Part shown: positions 19,879 to 29,798 of the stretch, in pieces
Layout: the number at the start of each line of letters is the position of its first letter
Position numbering within the stretch: position 1 is the first letter of the stretch
Source: a virus
Virus record (IMG/VR): IMGVR_UViG_3300048033_001554
Coordinates: 1 to 64,000 of that record
Direction: 5' to 3' (one strand)
Length of the DNA: 64,000 bases
Notes under the pieces: generated by a model
Database searches by the model: none
Seen by the model: the letters and a program-made list of their open reading frames with translations, nothing else
Told to the model about the DNA's origin: nothing
Made by a program: the position numbers and the translations under genes

Positions 19879-20071
19879 CTATTTGCTTCTCTATTTTTTC
19901 TAATCTTGAATTAACATTTTCTAAACATTGTTTAGCACTTGAGAGTTCTTTGGTTAATTGAGCTATTTTACGATGTAAAGCTCTTTCTTGTTTATATTTA
20001 TTCAAAGCGACAACGTCGGTACTAATGACCGCGCTGCTATTTTCGTCTCTTGCTAAACCTTGATTAATCAT
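19865..20071 (-). CDS. Small coiled-coil hypothetical protein
   Basis: 68-aa ORF (GLARDENSSAVI...) overlapping the end of the VrlC-like gene, an arrangement I recall from marine T4-like phages. Confidence 0.6.
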   Translation of the reverse strand: MINQGLARDENSSAVISTDVVALNKYKQERALHRKIAQLTKELSSAKQCLENVNSRLEKIEKQIDVKA

Positions 20072-23000
20072 GTTAATGCAATCCCTCTATAATCTTTTAC
20101 AAACGGTACATTGAAAATATCTTCTGCAAGCAATTCGATTTTAATAGCAAATTTTCTATAACTTGCAAATGTACCAGCAGTACTTGTGTATTTTATTACA
20201 CCAAGCGAGTCTTTATTAGCTTCAGGTACCGCATAACGATATTCTCTAAAGTCACTTGTATTTATTGACGATGAGTAAGTATTAACACCTTCAGTCATTT
20301 CTAATTCTATCCAAGGAAGAGTATTAAACGAAGCATTATCTTGCGCGTGCTGTGGTCTAATATAAACTTTAATATTAGTTCCATTTGGTCTATAACCAGT
20401 TAAATAAAGATTTAAATCTTCTGCATCTAAATCTTCAGCTAATTCAACAGTTTTAGAAATATATTTAGATGTTGTCGCTGCATCATTAGTTGCTTGATAT
20501 TGATAAGCAATCAAAGTAGACAATTCTAAATCAATTATTGGAGTTGATGTTACATTAGATCTGTTAGCCATTGCAATATTAATATCAAAAGATTTTGGAT
20601 TAATAAAGTTGTTAGACTTACTGTATATAACAGCACCTTTGCGAGTAAATTCGTTATTATCACCGAATCTCATTGGCATATTATAAGTTGTGCTTAAATC
20701 ATTAGGATCAGTAAATGTACCGCTCATCTCTGTAGTAGTAATAGAGTCATTTGATTTTTGAATCAAAGGCTGAACATAACTAATATTAATGTTATCAACA
20801 CTACCAATAGTAGCTTCGGTTCCACTTTCAAATCCATAAATGGTATCACCTGCTTCAAATCTCTTAGCAAGAGTTGCAGAACTTTCTTTAATATGCAATT
20901 CGTTTGCAGTAAATTTATTATAGTGAGAAACTTCTCCAGCAATAACTGGCTTACCATTACCGTTTGAGAAATTAAATGGTGTTGGAAATGTAGTAGTCAT
21001 TTGAGTAGCGCTATCAACACTTGCAATCTTAAAGATTTCTGAAGTATCATTCCCACTATTTGTTACTAAGATGTAATCACCAGCAGAATAATCAGTTCTA
21101 AAGTCATTTCCTATAGTAGTAACCACGTTCGTATTTTGAACCATGTTTACAGTATAACCAGTTGCGTCTACTTCTTTGTATACAAATTCGCCAGGATTAA
21201 ATCTACCATCCCAGTCGCTTAATGTAAAGAATTCAAGGTCATTTGGAGCAAGTGCGATTGTACCCGTGGCGCTGTTAAAGTTATGACGATATAACGTAAA
21301 TTTAATATCTTCATCTTGAACTGATTGCCATGCCCTGTTGTTTGTTGATGTAAATAGAACACCGTCACCCCAGTCCATAACAACAGATTGGCCGTTTGTT
21401 GCACCTGGGCTTAGGTCAATACCGCCAACTTTAGATGTAAAGTGTAAGTAATTAGGATCGTTTGCATCAGGTATAATTACAACGGCATATTCTTTTTCAA
21501 CGTCCATTCTAACCGGAGCATCAAATGTTACCTCAGTGATTGCTGAAGCGTCATCAGATACATTCACTTCAGTTGCTGGTATATGCACTTTAGAGAAAGG
21601 TAATACTTCTGCTGAAGGATACCCATTAACTACTTCTCTTAATTGAATTGTTACACCATTAACATTACTCTTACGCTTGAAGTACAAGTCAACTTTTGAA
21701 ACAAAGATTGAATTAGATCCAGCACCCATACCTTTTTTGATAAAGAATGTTTGTGATAAAGGGTCTGTTGTTGTTCTGGGATCACCGGTATCTCGTTGTT
21801 CTGGGCGGGTCACGCTTGAGACTCTAGAAGGTAAGTTTCTAGTTGTAGCTCCGCCATCTACAATTGACAGTTCTGGAACACGTGTAGAAAGATTAGAACT
21901 ATTTTGCGATATAGAATATGCGTGGTATTCGATTGCTGTAAGAGAAGTAGATCCTGAAGTAATAGCACCAAAAGAATCAACATCAGTGATAGTGATTGTT
22001 CTATCGCCTACATAAAAAGTATCGCTTGGAATAGTAAATACTGCTCTAATTACACCATTTGCATCTGTCATCACGGCTGCTTCAAGCTCACCAAATCTTC
22101 CTACAGATCTAGCATCCATAGCGTCAGTTGTACCTGGTCTAACGTGAGCGTTTACATCAACGCCATCAAAGAAGAAATAATGTCGTGTATTAGGACGCAA
22201 GCCTGATGCATATATCTTAATATTTCTAGATCTCATAAATGGATTAAAATTAACGTTAGTAAGGAAGTCACCTACTTTATTTAATCCGCCATCTTGAACA
22301 TTTAAAACTTGTTCTATACCAGATTGAGTTACTGGTACAGTAGTTGTTGTAGTTCTACCTGCACGTGTTACAACTGGTCTACCATTAACTACTTCACCCC
22401 AGTTAACGCCAGTGACTGGCATTAACGATTGAAGCTCTTGGAAAGGAGAAAGCAAGTCAATTTCAACTGGAGTTGGATTAGCAATTGTATCAATACCCAT
22501 ATCATGACTAGGAGAAATTTGAGCTTGTCCTTGATATTTCCAAAAGTTACTTACGCAGTTTCTAAAGCTTGTAGCATAAGGCTGACCAATTACTTTAATA
22601 TTATCATTTCTTCCAAGTGTACCAATTTCAGCATCGTTAGTAGATGGGAAAATAGAAGCACCCGTTCCAGACTTATATTTCAAGTCAATCATGAAAGTGT
22701 TTAACGCTGGAGTAAGAATTCTTTTGTCAAAGTGAATCGCTGCTTTATAATTAGGATCATTAATGTTTGCTATGTCAGAATCATTCATTGGATCTACAAC
22801 ATAACCATTTTTAAATCTTGTTAAACCGTTTTCATCAAGAATAAGTAAGTTTTCAGATTCTTGTTCTAACTGGTTCAAAGAAATATAATATTCTAATCCT
22901 TCAATTCTTTTTTCGATTTTTTCAATGTCTCGCATTGTGTAATTACGAGTTGCTTTCGCGGTAAGTTTAAGACCAGCTTCTACTTTTCCAGATTCCAAAG

Positions 23001-25458
23001 CTTCTCTAGGACTTAAAGCAGGATAGCCTGGAATTTTAATTTGACCGATAATTAATTTATCTTGATCAGTAACTGGAGTCAATGGTCTTTCTGATTCTTT
23101 ACCTTTAATGATTTCCATTCCCCCGTAAGAATCTACTGCAATTGCATCAATTCTTGAAAGGTAATGTTCTAAATCTGCAGTAACATTAGATCTTAAAGCT
23201 GGTACTGTAGTATTACCAGTGAACTGGTTAGTATATCCGCCAACCGCAGTCGTAATTAAACCTGCATCCCCGGTTGTTGTATCCGAATAGCTAACAGCTG
23301 CGTCTATAGTTGCATGAGGTCTAAAGTCAACAGAGTTTCTTAAGTTATATACTTTTCCGTTTGTCGCGCGATAAGTTTCAATATCAATAGATCTAACAGT
23401 GTCTGCAGCTGGAGTATCGCTATCATCAACAGGGTAACTATTAATATTAAAGAAGTGTGTGCCAGAAGTAACAACTTTTTCAAAAGCTCTAAGCTTAATT
23501 TCAATAATGCCTGCGGCTGGTGCAGGTCTACCACTAATATATTCAATGTATGAAATATCGTAGAAATGGTCGTTTTGATTTGACTCGAGCCTAAAGCTAT
23601 TTGTTACATCAGTATTTGTTGAATCTAAAATTCTTTCAATTTTAAATACATCTGGGAAGCCTACACTATACTTAGTAGTTCCAGGAACAAAAGCATTTCT
23701 TACATATAATGTTTTAACGCCTTTACTGGCTGGTATAGATTTGTCGGCATTGAGTCTTTTGTTGTAATATAATGTTCCGTTTCCAGCAGCGCCATCTGCA
23801 GGATCTAAATCTACTGTTAAGAATTGTTCTGATCCATTAATTGTAACATTATAATTTGTGATACCAATAAGAGTATTTGTATCATCAACAAACACCATAT
23901 CATCTTGGTTAATACCAAAATCTTCATTTGGCAATTGCTGAACATTTACTTGGTTACTAACGACTGTTAAGTTTGTTTGAGCTCTTACCGGAATAATAGC
24001 ATCTGATATTTCTTTAAGATAGTTCGTGCCAGAATCAAATACCATAGGAGAGTTTTTAAACTCTTGTACTTTTGATCCAGCTGCTATTGTAATGATGCCA
24101 GATGTTCCAATAACACGAGTAACAGCTTCAAAAACATTTGGTGACTGCATTTTAATATTAAACAAATACAGTTTAGTTTCTGTAATATTTTTTACAATTG
24201 CAGAACCAATAGAAACTCCACCGGCATTTTGCAAGTCTACAGTTTCATAGTTAATATCAATTCTGCCGCTAATATCAGTAATGTTTACATAAGAACCGTA
24301 ATCAATTGAAATTGCTTGGTTTTGTTGAATATTAGTTTCAGTAACGTTATCTATTTCAAAAGAGCGAGTACCAACATTTTCTGCGCGGTATCCTTTAACA
24401 TACGCTGTACCTTTACCGACAAGCGCATTCAACGTTCCATTTCTTCTATCTAAATCAATTTTAAATTTATCAGAGACATAGTTACCAGATTCTTCATATG
24501 TTCTTTTAGCCATTTCTTCATTAATAGAATTAAACTGAGTTACATCACGTAACGTAACAGCATTACCATTATCATATCTAATTAAGCTAAAGAAGTTTGA
24601 ATCTACGTCAGCTTCTGCGGCTGATTTAACAGCAAGCTTAGGAACCATTTTAAGTCTATCAGCGCCTGGTGCATTTTCGTTTAATGAACCATTTGCGTTG
24701 TCATATAATCTTCCATCTTGCAATGCGTTAATAAGTTGCTCTTCAACTACGAAGCCAACTGAAACATCTGTAGGTTGATTATCGTATTTAGAAACAACCA
24801 ATGTTTGGTCGTCTGTAAATAGGAAGTGTCCTTTTTGGAAAACGATACCAGGTGTCGATTGAACACCAAACGAGTTTCCTACATGAGGAGAAAGAAGAGT
24901 GACGTTAATTTGTTCAACATTTAATTCTGTTAAATCTGTTCTTAAAGTAGAACCTTCATAAATGTATTTGTTGATTGTTAGCGCTTCACCAGCTGAGAAA
25001 ACAGCCCTGCCACCAGTTTCGGTGTTTAAGTAATTGACATAGAATGTGTTTAAGTTTGGTGGACGTGTTTCGAAACCACGAGAAGCTGTAACAATAGATG
25101 CCTTAAGTCCTGTTGAGCTTTCGAGTTCGTAAACTACGCTGATGTCTTTAACAACACCACCTTCTGTAAGAGTATCTTCTCCGCCAATATACGATTCAAC
25201 GTCAAATCCAGTTTTATCTACAAGTTTAACAAATTGAAGGCTGTCCAACTCAGTAAAGTTACACCCTTTAATAACACTACCTTCTTGGTAAATGTTATCG
25301 CCAAATTGCTCAATCTGATTTTGAAGAATCGTTTGAAGTTGAGTCAGCTCTCTTGCCTGCACGGCATATGCTGGTTTAAACAGAATTTTATAAAACTGTT
25401 TCTCGAGATCAAAGTCATCGAAATATGGAGCAATGTTTAAGTCTGTATTAATAGGCAT
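20068..25458 (-). CDS. VrlC-like / DUF4815 large virion structural protein
   Basis: Characteristic start TDLNIAPYFDDFD...FYKILFKPAYAVQARELTQLQTILQNQI, plus APGADRLK, RTYEESGNY and YTMRDI motifs. Confidence 0.85.
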   Translation of the reverse strand: MPINTDLNIAPYFDDFDLEKQFYKILFKPAYAVQARELTQLQTILQNQIEQFGDNIYQEGSVIKGCNFTELDSLQFVKLVDKTGFDVESYIGGEDTLTEGGVVKDISVVYELESSTGLKASIVTASRGFETRPPNLNTFYVNYLNTETGGRAVFSAGEALTINKYIYEGSTLRTDLTELNVEQINVTLLSPHVGNSFGVQSTPGIVFQKGHFLFTDDQTLVVSKYDNQPTDVSVGFVVEEQLINALQDGRLYDNANGSLNENAPGADRLKMVPKLAVKSAAEADVDSNFFSLIRYDNGNAVTLRDVTQFNSINEEMAKRTYEESGNYVSDKFKIDLDRRNGTLNALVGKGTAYVKGYRAENVGTRSFEIDNVTETNIQQNQAISIDYGSYVNITDISGRIDINYETVDLQNAGGVSIGSAIVKNITETKLYLFNIKMQSPNVFEAVTRVIGTSGIITIAAGSKVQEFKNSPMVFDSGTNYLKEISDAIIPVRAQTNLTVVSNQVNVQQLPNEDFGINQDDMVFVDDTNTLIGITNYNVTINGSEQFLTVDLDPADGAAGNGTLYYNKRLNADKSIPASKGVKTLYVRNAFVPGTTKYSVGFPDVFKIERILDSTNTDVTNSFRLESNQNDHFYDISYIEYISGRPAPAAGIIEIKLRAFEKVVTSGTHFFNINSYPVDDSDTPAADTVRSIDIETYRATNGKVYNLRNSVDFRPHATIDAAVSYSDTTTGDAGLITTAVGGYTNQFTGNTTVPALRSNVTADLEHYLSRIDAIAVDSYGGMEIIKGKESERPLTPVTDQDKLIIGQIKIPGYPALSPREALESGKVEAGLKLTAKATRNYTMRDIEKIEKRIEGLEYYISLNQLEQESENLLILDENGLTRFKNGYVVDPMNDSDIANINDPNYKAAIHFDKRILTPALNTFMIDLKYKSGTGASIFPSTNDAEIGTLGRNDNIKVIGQPYATSFRNCVSNFWKYQGQAQISPSHDMGIDTIANPTPVEIDLLSPFQELQSLMPVTGVNWGEVVNGRPVVTRAGRTTTTTVPVTQSGIEQVLNVQDGGLNKVGDFLTNVNFNPFMRSRNIKIYASGLRPNTRHYFFFDGVDVNAHVRPGTTDAMDARSVGRFGELEAAVMTDANGVIRAVFTIPSDTFYVGDRTITITDVDSFGAITSGSTSLTAIEYHAYSISQNSSNLSTRVPELSIVDGGATTRNLPSRVSSVTRPEQRDTGDPRTTTDPLSQTFFIKKGMGAGSNSIFVSKVDLYFKRKSNVNGVTIQLREVVNGYPSAEVLPFSKVHIPATEVNVSDDASAITEVTFDAPVRMDVEKEYAVVIIPDANDPNYLHFTSKVGGIDLSPGATNGQSVVMDWGDGVLFTSTNNRAWQSVQDEDIKFTLYRHNFNSATGTIALAPNDLEFFTLSDWDGRFNPGEFVYKEVDATGYTVNMVQNTNVVTTIGNDFRTDYSAGDYILVTNSGNDTSEIFKIASVDSATQMTTTFPTPFNFSNGNGKPVIAGEVSHYNKFTANELHIKESSATLAKRFEAGDTIYGFESGTEATIGSVDNINISYVQPLIQKSNDSITTTEMSGTFTDPNDLSTTYNMPMRFGDNNEFTRKGAVIYSKSNNFINPKSFDINIAMANRSNVTSTPIIDLELSTLIAYQYQATNDAATTSKYISKTVELAEDLDAEDLNLYLTGYRPNGTNIKVYIRPQHAQDNASFNTLPWIELEMTEGVNTYSSSINTSDFREYRYAVPEANKDSLGVIKYTSTAGTFASYRKFAIKIELLAEDIFNVPFVKDYRGIALT

Positions 25459-25472
25459 CTATTTTCGTTTCC

Positions 25473-27146
25473 TTAAAATTCTAAGACCAGTTTATATTCT
25501 TCTCGTGAAGTTACGCTTCTTTCTAAAGGAACAAAATCTTCCATGAAGTATACTGTTCCTGATCTTTGAGTATATCTTGATTCAATTACATTGTTGGCTA
25601 CAGGTGTATTTATCTGTAATGTTTGGCCAGTCTCGTTGATTAATGGCTTAGTGTAATCAAAAGATATATCGTTATTTGATTGATTAGTATAAGGACCGCT
25701 ATAACTTGTAATAAAAATTGAGTTAGAGCTTGCTTGGACTGCGTGTACTCTACCTTCAAACGTTTTGTTGTTGTTAATGTCAGTTTGTTTTACTAACGTA
25801 TTAACTTCTACTTTGCCATAATCGTTTGTGATAATTTGAATTCTGTTATCAAACACAAGAGGAGAAGCAGTATTTGCGTTGTCCGGATCTGCTGCAAACT
25901 CTGGGTTTTTAATTAAACCTACGGCAGAGTATGAATTTGATTGCCCAATTTGGTTATTGTCTGATTCTGTAATGTATGCATACATTAGTATATTTCTGCA
26001 ATGCATTTCATCAATCAAATTAAAGTTATGACCACCAAACGGAGAAAGAACAGGTCTTAAAACAGCTCTAACGTCGATAGTGTTTCTATTTGATGGATCA
26101 AAGTTAATTTGTGGATCTACTACCGTTGCAGTAACGTTATTATAATCATTACCTGCTTGCAATACTTCGACGCCTGTTACTCGACCTTCTGTAACAATAG
26201 CAACTACTTCACCACCATGACCATCGCCTTCGAGTTTAATAGTTGGAACAATTCTAAAAGAAGAAGATCCAACAATTCCATCTCCAAGAGGATCGCCAAT
26301 AACTCTAACTTTAGCAATGTCTGACGCTGGGTTTTCATCCCATCTGTATGTATCAATTATATAGCTTTTAGATACTTCATTTGCTTTATTCGTAATGTAA
26401 ATAGTCATCCCAGAATAAAAGTTAGAAGTTTCTGATAAGTTGGCATTTCTAATCAAGAATGTGCCATCATTGTTTGGAGTATTAATAATGATTCCATTTT
26501 CAACTGATGGATACCCAAAGTTATCAAAAGCATTTTCTACTATAACGTCACTAATTTGAGAACCAGTAATTTCAACATTAGTATTAGCCACAGGATCAAA
26601 TCTTTCTGCAACTGGATTAATATCAAATACTTTTTCTAAAGGAATGTAACCAACCGCGTTATATGCTTCAAACTCTTGTTCAGTCAAATAGTACATAAAT
26701 TTCCAGACATATCCATCTGTTTCCGCGTATATTTGACCTTTAGTTTCAGCATTATAGTTTGGAGGAGAAATTGATGCAGCTCCGTTGTTATTGTCTAAAC
26801 ACTTATAAACTCGATAATCGCCAGAGTCATTATTGTTTGGTCCAACTACCGCATAAAACTTTTTATCTTCCAAGTTTGATTCGTCATCATATTGATCGTA
26901 CACCGCGTCAGATTGCCAAGGATAATACTTAATCATAAACTTAATATCTTCTGGGTATACTTTTTTACCAAAAACGATATTTTCTTTAAATTGAGTTTTA
27001 CTATTCAACGAATTTACAGCATTAACGCGCGAAAGCTCATCTATCGTAATAGATGAAACTGCGAAATAGTATTCATTATTAAGAATGTCATCGTAGACTA
27101 TTCTTATTGTATCATTCTTTAATTTTGTAGTTAATACTTCTGCCAT
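25473..27146 (-). CDS. gp8: Baseplate wedge subunit gp8-like
   Basis: YDQYDD, YRVYKCLDNNNGA, DGYVWKFMY and terminal EEYKLVLEF motifs. Confidence 0.8.
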   Translation of the reverse strand: MAEVLTTKLKNDTIRIVYDDILNNEYYFAVSSITIDELSRVNAVNSLNSKTQFKENIVFGKKVYPEDIKFMIKYYPWQSDAVYDQYDDESNLEDKKFYAVVGPNNNDSGDYRVYKCLDNNNGAASISPPNYNAETKGQIYAETDGYVWKFMYYLTEQEFEAYNAVGYIPLEKVFDINPVAERFDPVANTNVEITGSQISDVIVENAFDNFGYPSVENGIIINTPNNDGTFLIRNANLSETSNFYSGMTIYITNKANEVSKSYIIDTYRWDENPASDIAKVRVIGDPLGDGIVGSSSFRIVPTIKLEGDGHGGEVVAIVTEGRVTGVEVLQAGNDYNNVTATVVDPQINFDPSNRNTIDVRAVLRPVLSPFGGHNFNLIDEMHCRNILMYAYITESDNNQIGQSNSYSAVGLIKNPEFAADPDNANTASPLVFDNRIQIITNDYGKVEVNTLVKQTDINNNKTFEGRVHAVQASSNSIFITSYSGPYTNQSNNDISFDYTKPLINETGQTLQINTPVANNVIESRYTQRSGTVYFMEDFVPLERSVTSREEYKLVLEF

Positions 27147-27168
27147 GTCACACCTTGTGCTTTTCTAA

Positions 27169-27176
27169 TATTTATA
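27169..27176 (-). promoter_or_regulatory. T4-type late promoter TATAAATA
   Basis: Exact motif upstream of the gp8 ATG. Confidence 0.8.
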
Positions 27177-27183
27177 AACTATT

Positions 27184-28851
27184 TTAGCCGCGTCTTCTAA
27201 TACGTGGCCTTGGATACGTTGCGCCAGACGATGGCCTTGGTTTAAAATTTCTTTGTGGAAAAGTAGATCCATTTATAGCTCTTTGATTAATCCACCTTAA
27301 ATATCTATTTGGTGCTCCTTGGAGACTATTCACATCAGTTGAATCGTCAGTACCAGTATCAAACATTTGATCTATTGAAGCATTGTCAATTAACCATTGT
27401 TGAGCTTCAGCCTGTGTAATACTTGGCCAAGATTCTGCTAATAAAGCCAAGACTCCAGCTACTTGAGGTCCTGACATGCTCGTTCCTTGATATTTGTCAA
27501 AATTATAACCAGATAATCTTGGATCTGCAATATCACCAGTCCTAGCATGCACGCTACTTTGGATGGCTTCGCCCGCAGCATATATGTCTACTTGATTGCC
27601 ACAATTAGAAAACGGAGCTTTTTCTTCAGTTGTTCTATTGGACGTTGCACCAACAACAATAGCAGGTGCATAACCTGCGCCTGAACCGGTACCTTTGTTT
27701 AGTGCCCATTGTAAATTGAATCCGTTATAAGTCATGTAATATATGTTATTGAAATCTTGATCTGAAGAATTTACGATTTTCCAAGAGTCATTACCAGCAG
27801 AAGCAACTACAATAATACCATCATTCATTGCATCTTGTATATCTGCTTCTCGTGAATTAAAATAATTTGGGATGCTTGTTGTAGTAGAAGTAGCATAAAA
27901 CCCGCGAGAAGTCATTTCGTTCAATGTTAATTCTCTGCCTGGATTAAAATCAACACCTCTATAATTTACTCTGGTTACTCCACCGGTAGTATACGCATCA
28001 CTATAATTTGAAATAATAGTAGATCCATAGCTATTGTTCGTAATAGTTGGATTTCTTCTACCGGTTTCTGGATTGATTGGTTTACTGTTGTGCCAAGCAC
28101 GTATGTAGTCCCACATAACGGCACTAGAGAGACTGTTAGGGTTCGTACCGTATGGACTTATATTATAAATGTTAGCATCTCTAGCCCACCCCTGAGTGTT
28201 TCCAGCAACAGTTCCTGCGCAGTGACAACCATGATTATTATCTTCGGCATCTATAGAATTAGTGTAAGAACCAGCTCTATCATAAACGTAAGTACCATTA
28301 GCACCACCCGTTACAGCATTTGTATGTTGAAACCAATTATATTGAACTACTCTAGATCCGCCAGATCCATCAGGATTAACTGCAAACTCTGGGTGATTAG
28401 GATCTATATGTCCATCAACAATTAAAACATCTACATTTTTACCTGATGCGGTGATGGTTAAATTATCTGTTACTAGTGAAGAACCGTTGTCGCCCCAATT
28501 AGTTCTATTTGTTTCTTCGGTGTGTCTAAGCAAACCCCAGTTTAAATCACTAGCATCATCAAACCAGCTTTTATCAAATTCACCATTTGTGATAGAATAA
28601 CCATGTGGTATTGTTGTTAACTCTAAAAGCTCAGCCAAATCAACGCCAACAACTCTATCATCAGCTTTAATTAATTCTACTTCATCTAGTGTTAACATAT
28701 AATGTGTATTTCTAGAAGTAGGTCTTTTGTTTACTACGTCAACGGCTCTATCTGGAATAAACAAATTGCCACCAGGTGTTTCCATGTCTTCATAAAAAGA
28801 TTCTAAATCTTCTTTGCTACGAAGAGTAACAATCCATTCCATCAGTTCCAT
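27184..28851 (-). CDS. Subtilisin-like (S8) serine protease
   Basis: Catalytic triad motifs IVDGH, NHGCHCAGTVAG and GTSMSGPQVAG; oxyanion-hole SAGN. Confidence 0.9.
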   Translation of the reverse strand: MELMEWIVTLRSKEDLESFYEDMETPGGNLFIPDRAVDVVNKRPTSRNTHYMLTLDEVELIKADDRVVGVDLAELLELTTIPHGYSITNGEFDKSWFDDASDLNWGLLRHTEETNRTNWGDNGSSLVTDNLTITASGKNVDVLIVDGHIDPNHPEFAVNPDGSGGSRVVQYNWFQHTNAVTGGANGTYVYDRAGSYTNSIDAEDNNHGCHCAGTVAGNTQGWARDANIYNISPYGTNPNSLSSAVMWDYIRAWHNSKPINPETGRRNPTITNNSYGSTIISNYSDAYTTGGVTRVNYRGVDFNPGRELTLNEMTSRGFYATSTTTSIPNYFNSREADIQDAMNDGIIVVASAGNDSWKIVNSSDQDFNNIYYMTYNGFNLQWALNKGTGSGAGYAPAIVVGATSNRTTEEKAPFSNCGNQVDIYAAGEAIQSSVHARTGDIADPRLSGYNFDKYQGTSMSGPQVAGVLALLAESWPSITQAEAQQWLIDNASIDQMFDTGTDDSTDVNSLQGAPNRYLRWINQRAINGSTFPQRNFKPRPSSGATYPRPRIRRRG

Positions 28852-28852
28852 C

Positions 28853-29767
28853 TTAAGCCTCCAGCTGGAGAACTGTGAGAGTTACTTGTACGGTTCCTGT
28901 TGAACCTGATTTGTTTGTAACTCTGCAAGGAATATTTGTAGTAGGAGTAGATTCCATGTTATATCCTATTGCACCTGGAGATACAAGTACTGTTTCGGCT
29001 CCAGTTGTAATTACTTCAGCAATAACTCCCGCGTCCGGCGCAGGGTCAGATGTTTCAGCTCTGCCAGCGTCAGCAGTTCTTGATGCGCCGTTTGCATAAA
29101 TTCTTACCCAAGCTGCTTTATCGGTTTGGATTGATAAAAGACCATAGCCTTTAAATCCATCGATATCTAAATTTGCAGCAGCACCGTTTGCCAAAGATGA
29201 AGTTGTGCCCGCTTTAGCAGATCTTGTCTGCAATGATCCACCACTTAGCAATCCACCTGTATCTGTTAAATCACTAACATCAGCTGGAATAACTGGTGGT
29301 GTATAAGTGAATACGCCGTTTGTATTATTATATGCAATGCTGCCATCACCTGAAGCGGATCCTTCAGCACCAACACTTAAATCTGTTAATGCAATACCGC
29401 CGCCAGACGCTGCGTTTATCCAATCGTAATCTGTACCAGTCCAAGATAAAATCTGGTTATTTGATGCTGTACTTGTATTTAAATGTGCATCAACATCTGA
29501 GTTAAAATATCCAGCTGCGGTATTAGCAAATGTAAATCCGCCATCACCGTCTGTTGTAAGAACCTGCCCAGTATTTCCATCTGTTATTCCAAGATCTATT
29601 AATTCGGCTGGGATTACTGGTTTATCGGTAAGATCGTCATAACTCCCGCTGAAAGATAAATTGTATAATTCATCAAAATTAGAAACGATTTTAATCATGG
29701 CATTTCTTAGCGCATCGCCTGTACCATCGTTTTCGTTTAGGCCATAATTGATAACTTGCTTAGCCAT
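28853..29767 (-). CDS. Baseplate wedge / fibre connector with gp9/gp10-like N-terminus
   Basis: MAKQVINYG...NDGTGDALRNAMIKIVSNFDELY N-terminal motif. Confidence 0.7.
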   Translation of the reverse strand: MAKQVINYGLNENDGTGDALRNAMIKIVSNFDELYNLSFSGSYDDLTDKPVIPAELIDLGITDGNTGQVLTTDGDGGFTFANTAAGYFNSDVDAHLNTSTASNNQILSWTGTDYDWINAASGGGIALTDLSVGAEGSASGDGSIAYNNTNGVFTYTPPVIPADVSDLTDTGGLLSGGSLQTRSAKAGTTSSLANGAAANLDIDGFKGYGLLSIQTDKAAWVRIYANGASRTADAGRAETSDPAPDAGVIAEVITTGAETVLVSPGAIGYNMESTPTTNIPCRVTNKSGSTGTVQVTLTVLQLEA

Positions 29768-29798
29768 GATAGCTCCTGTTTAATTTATAGTTATTTAT

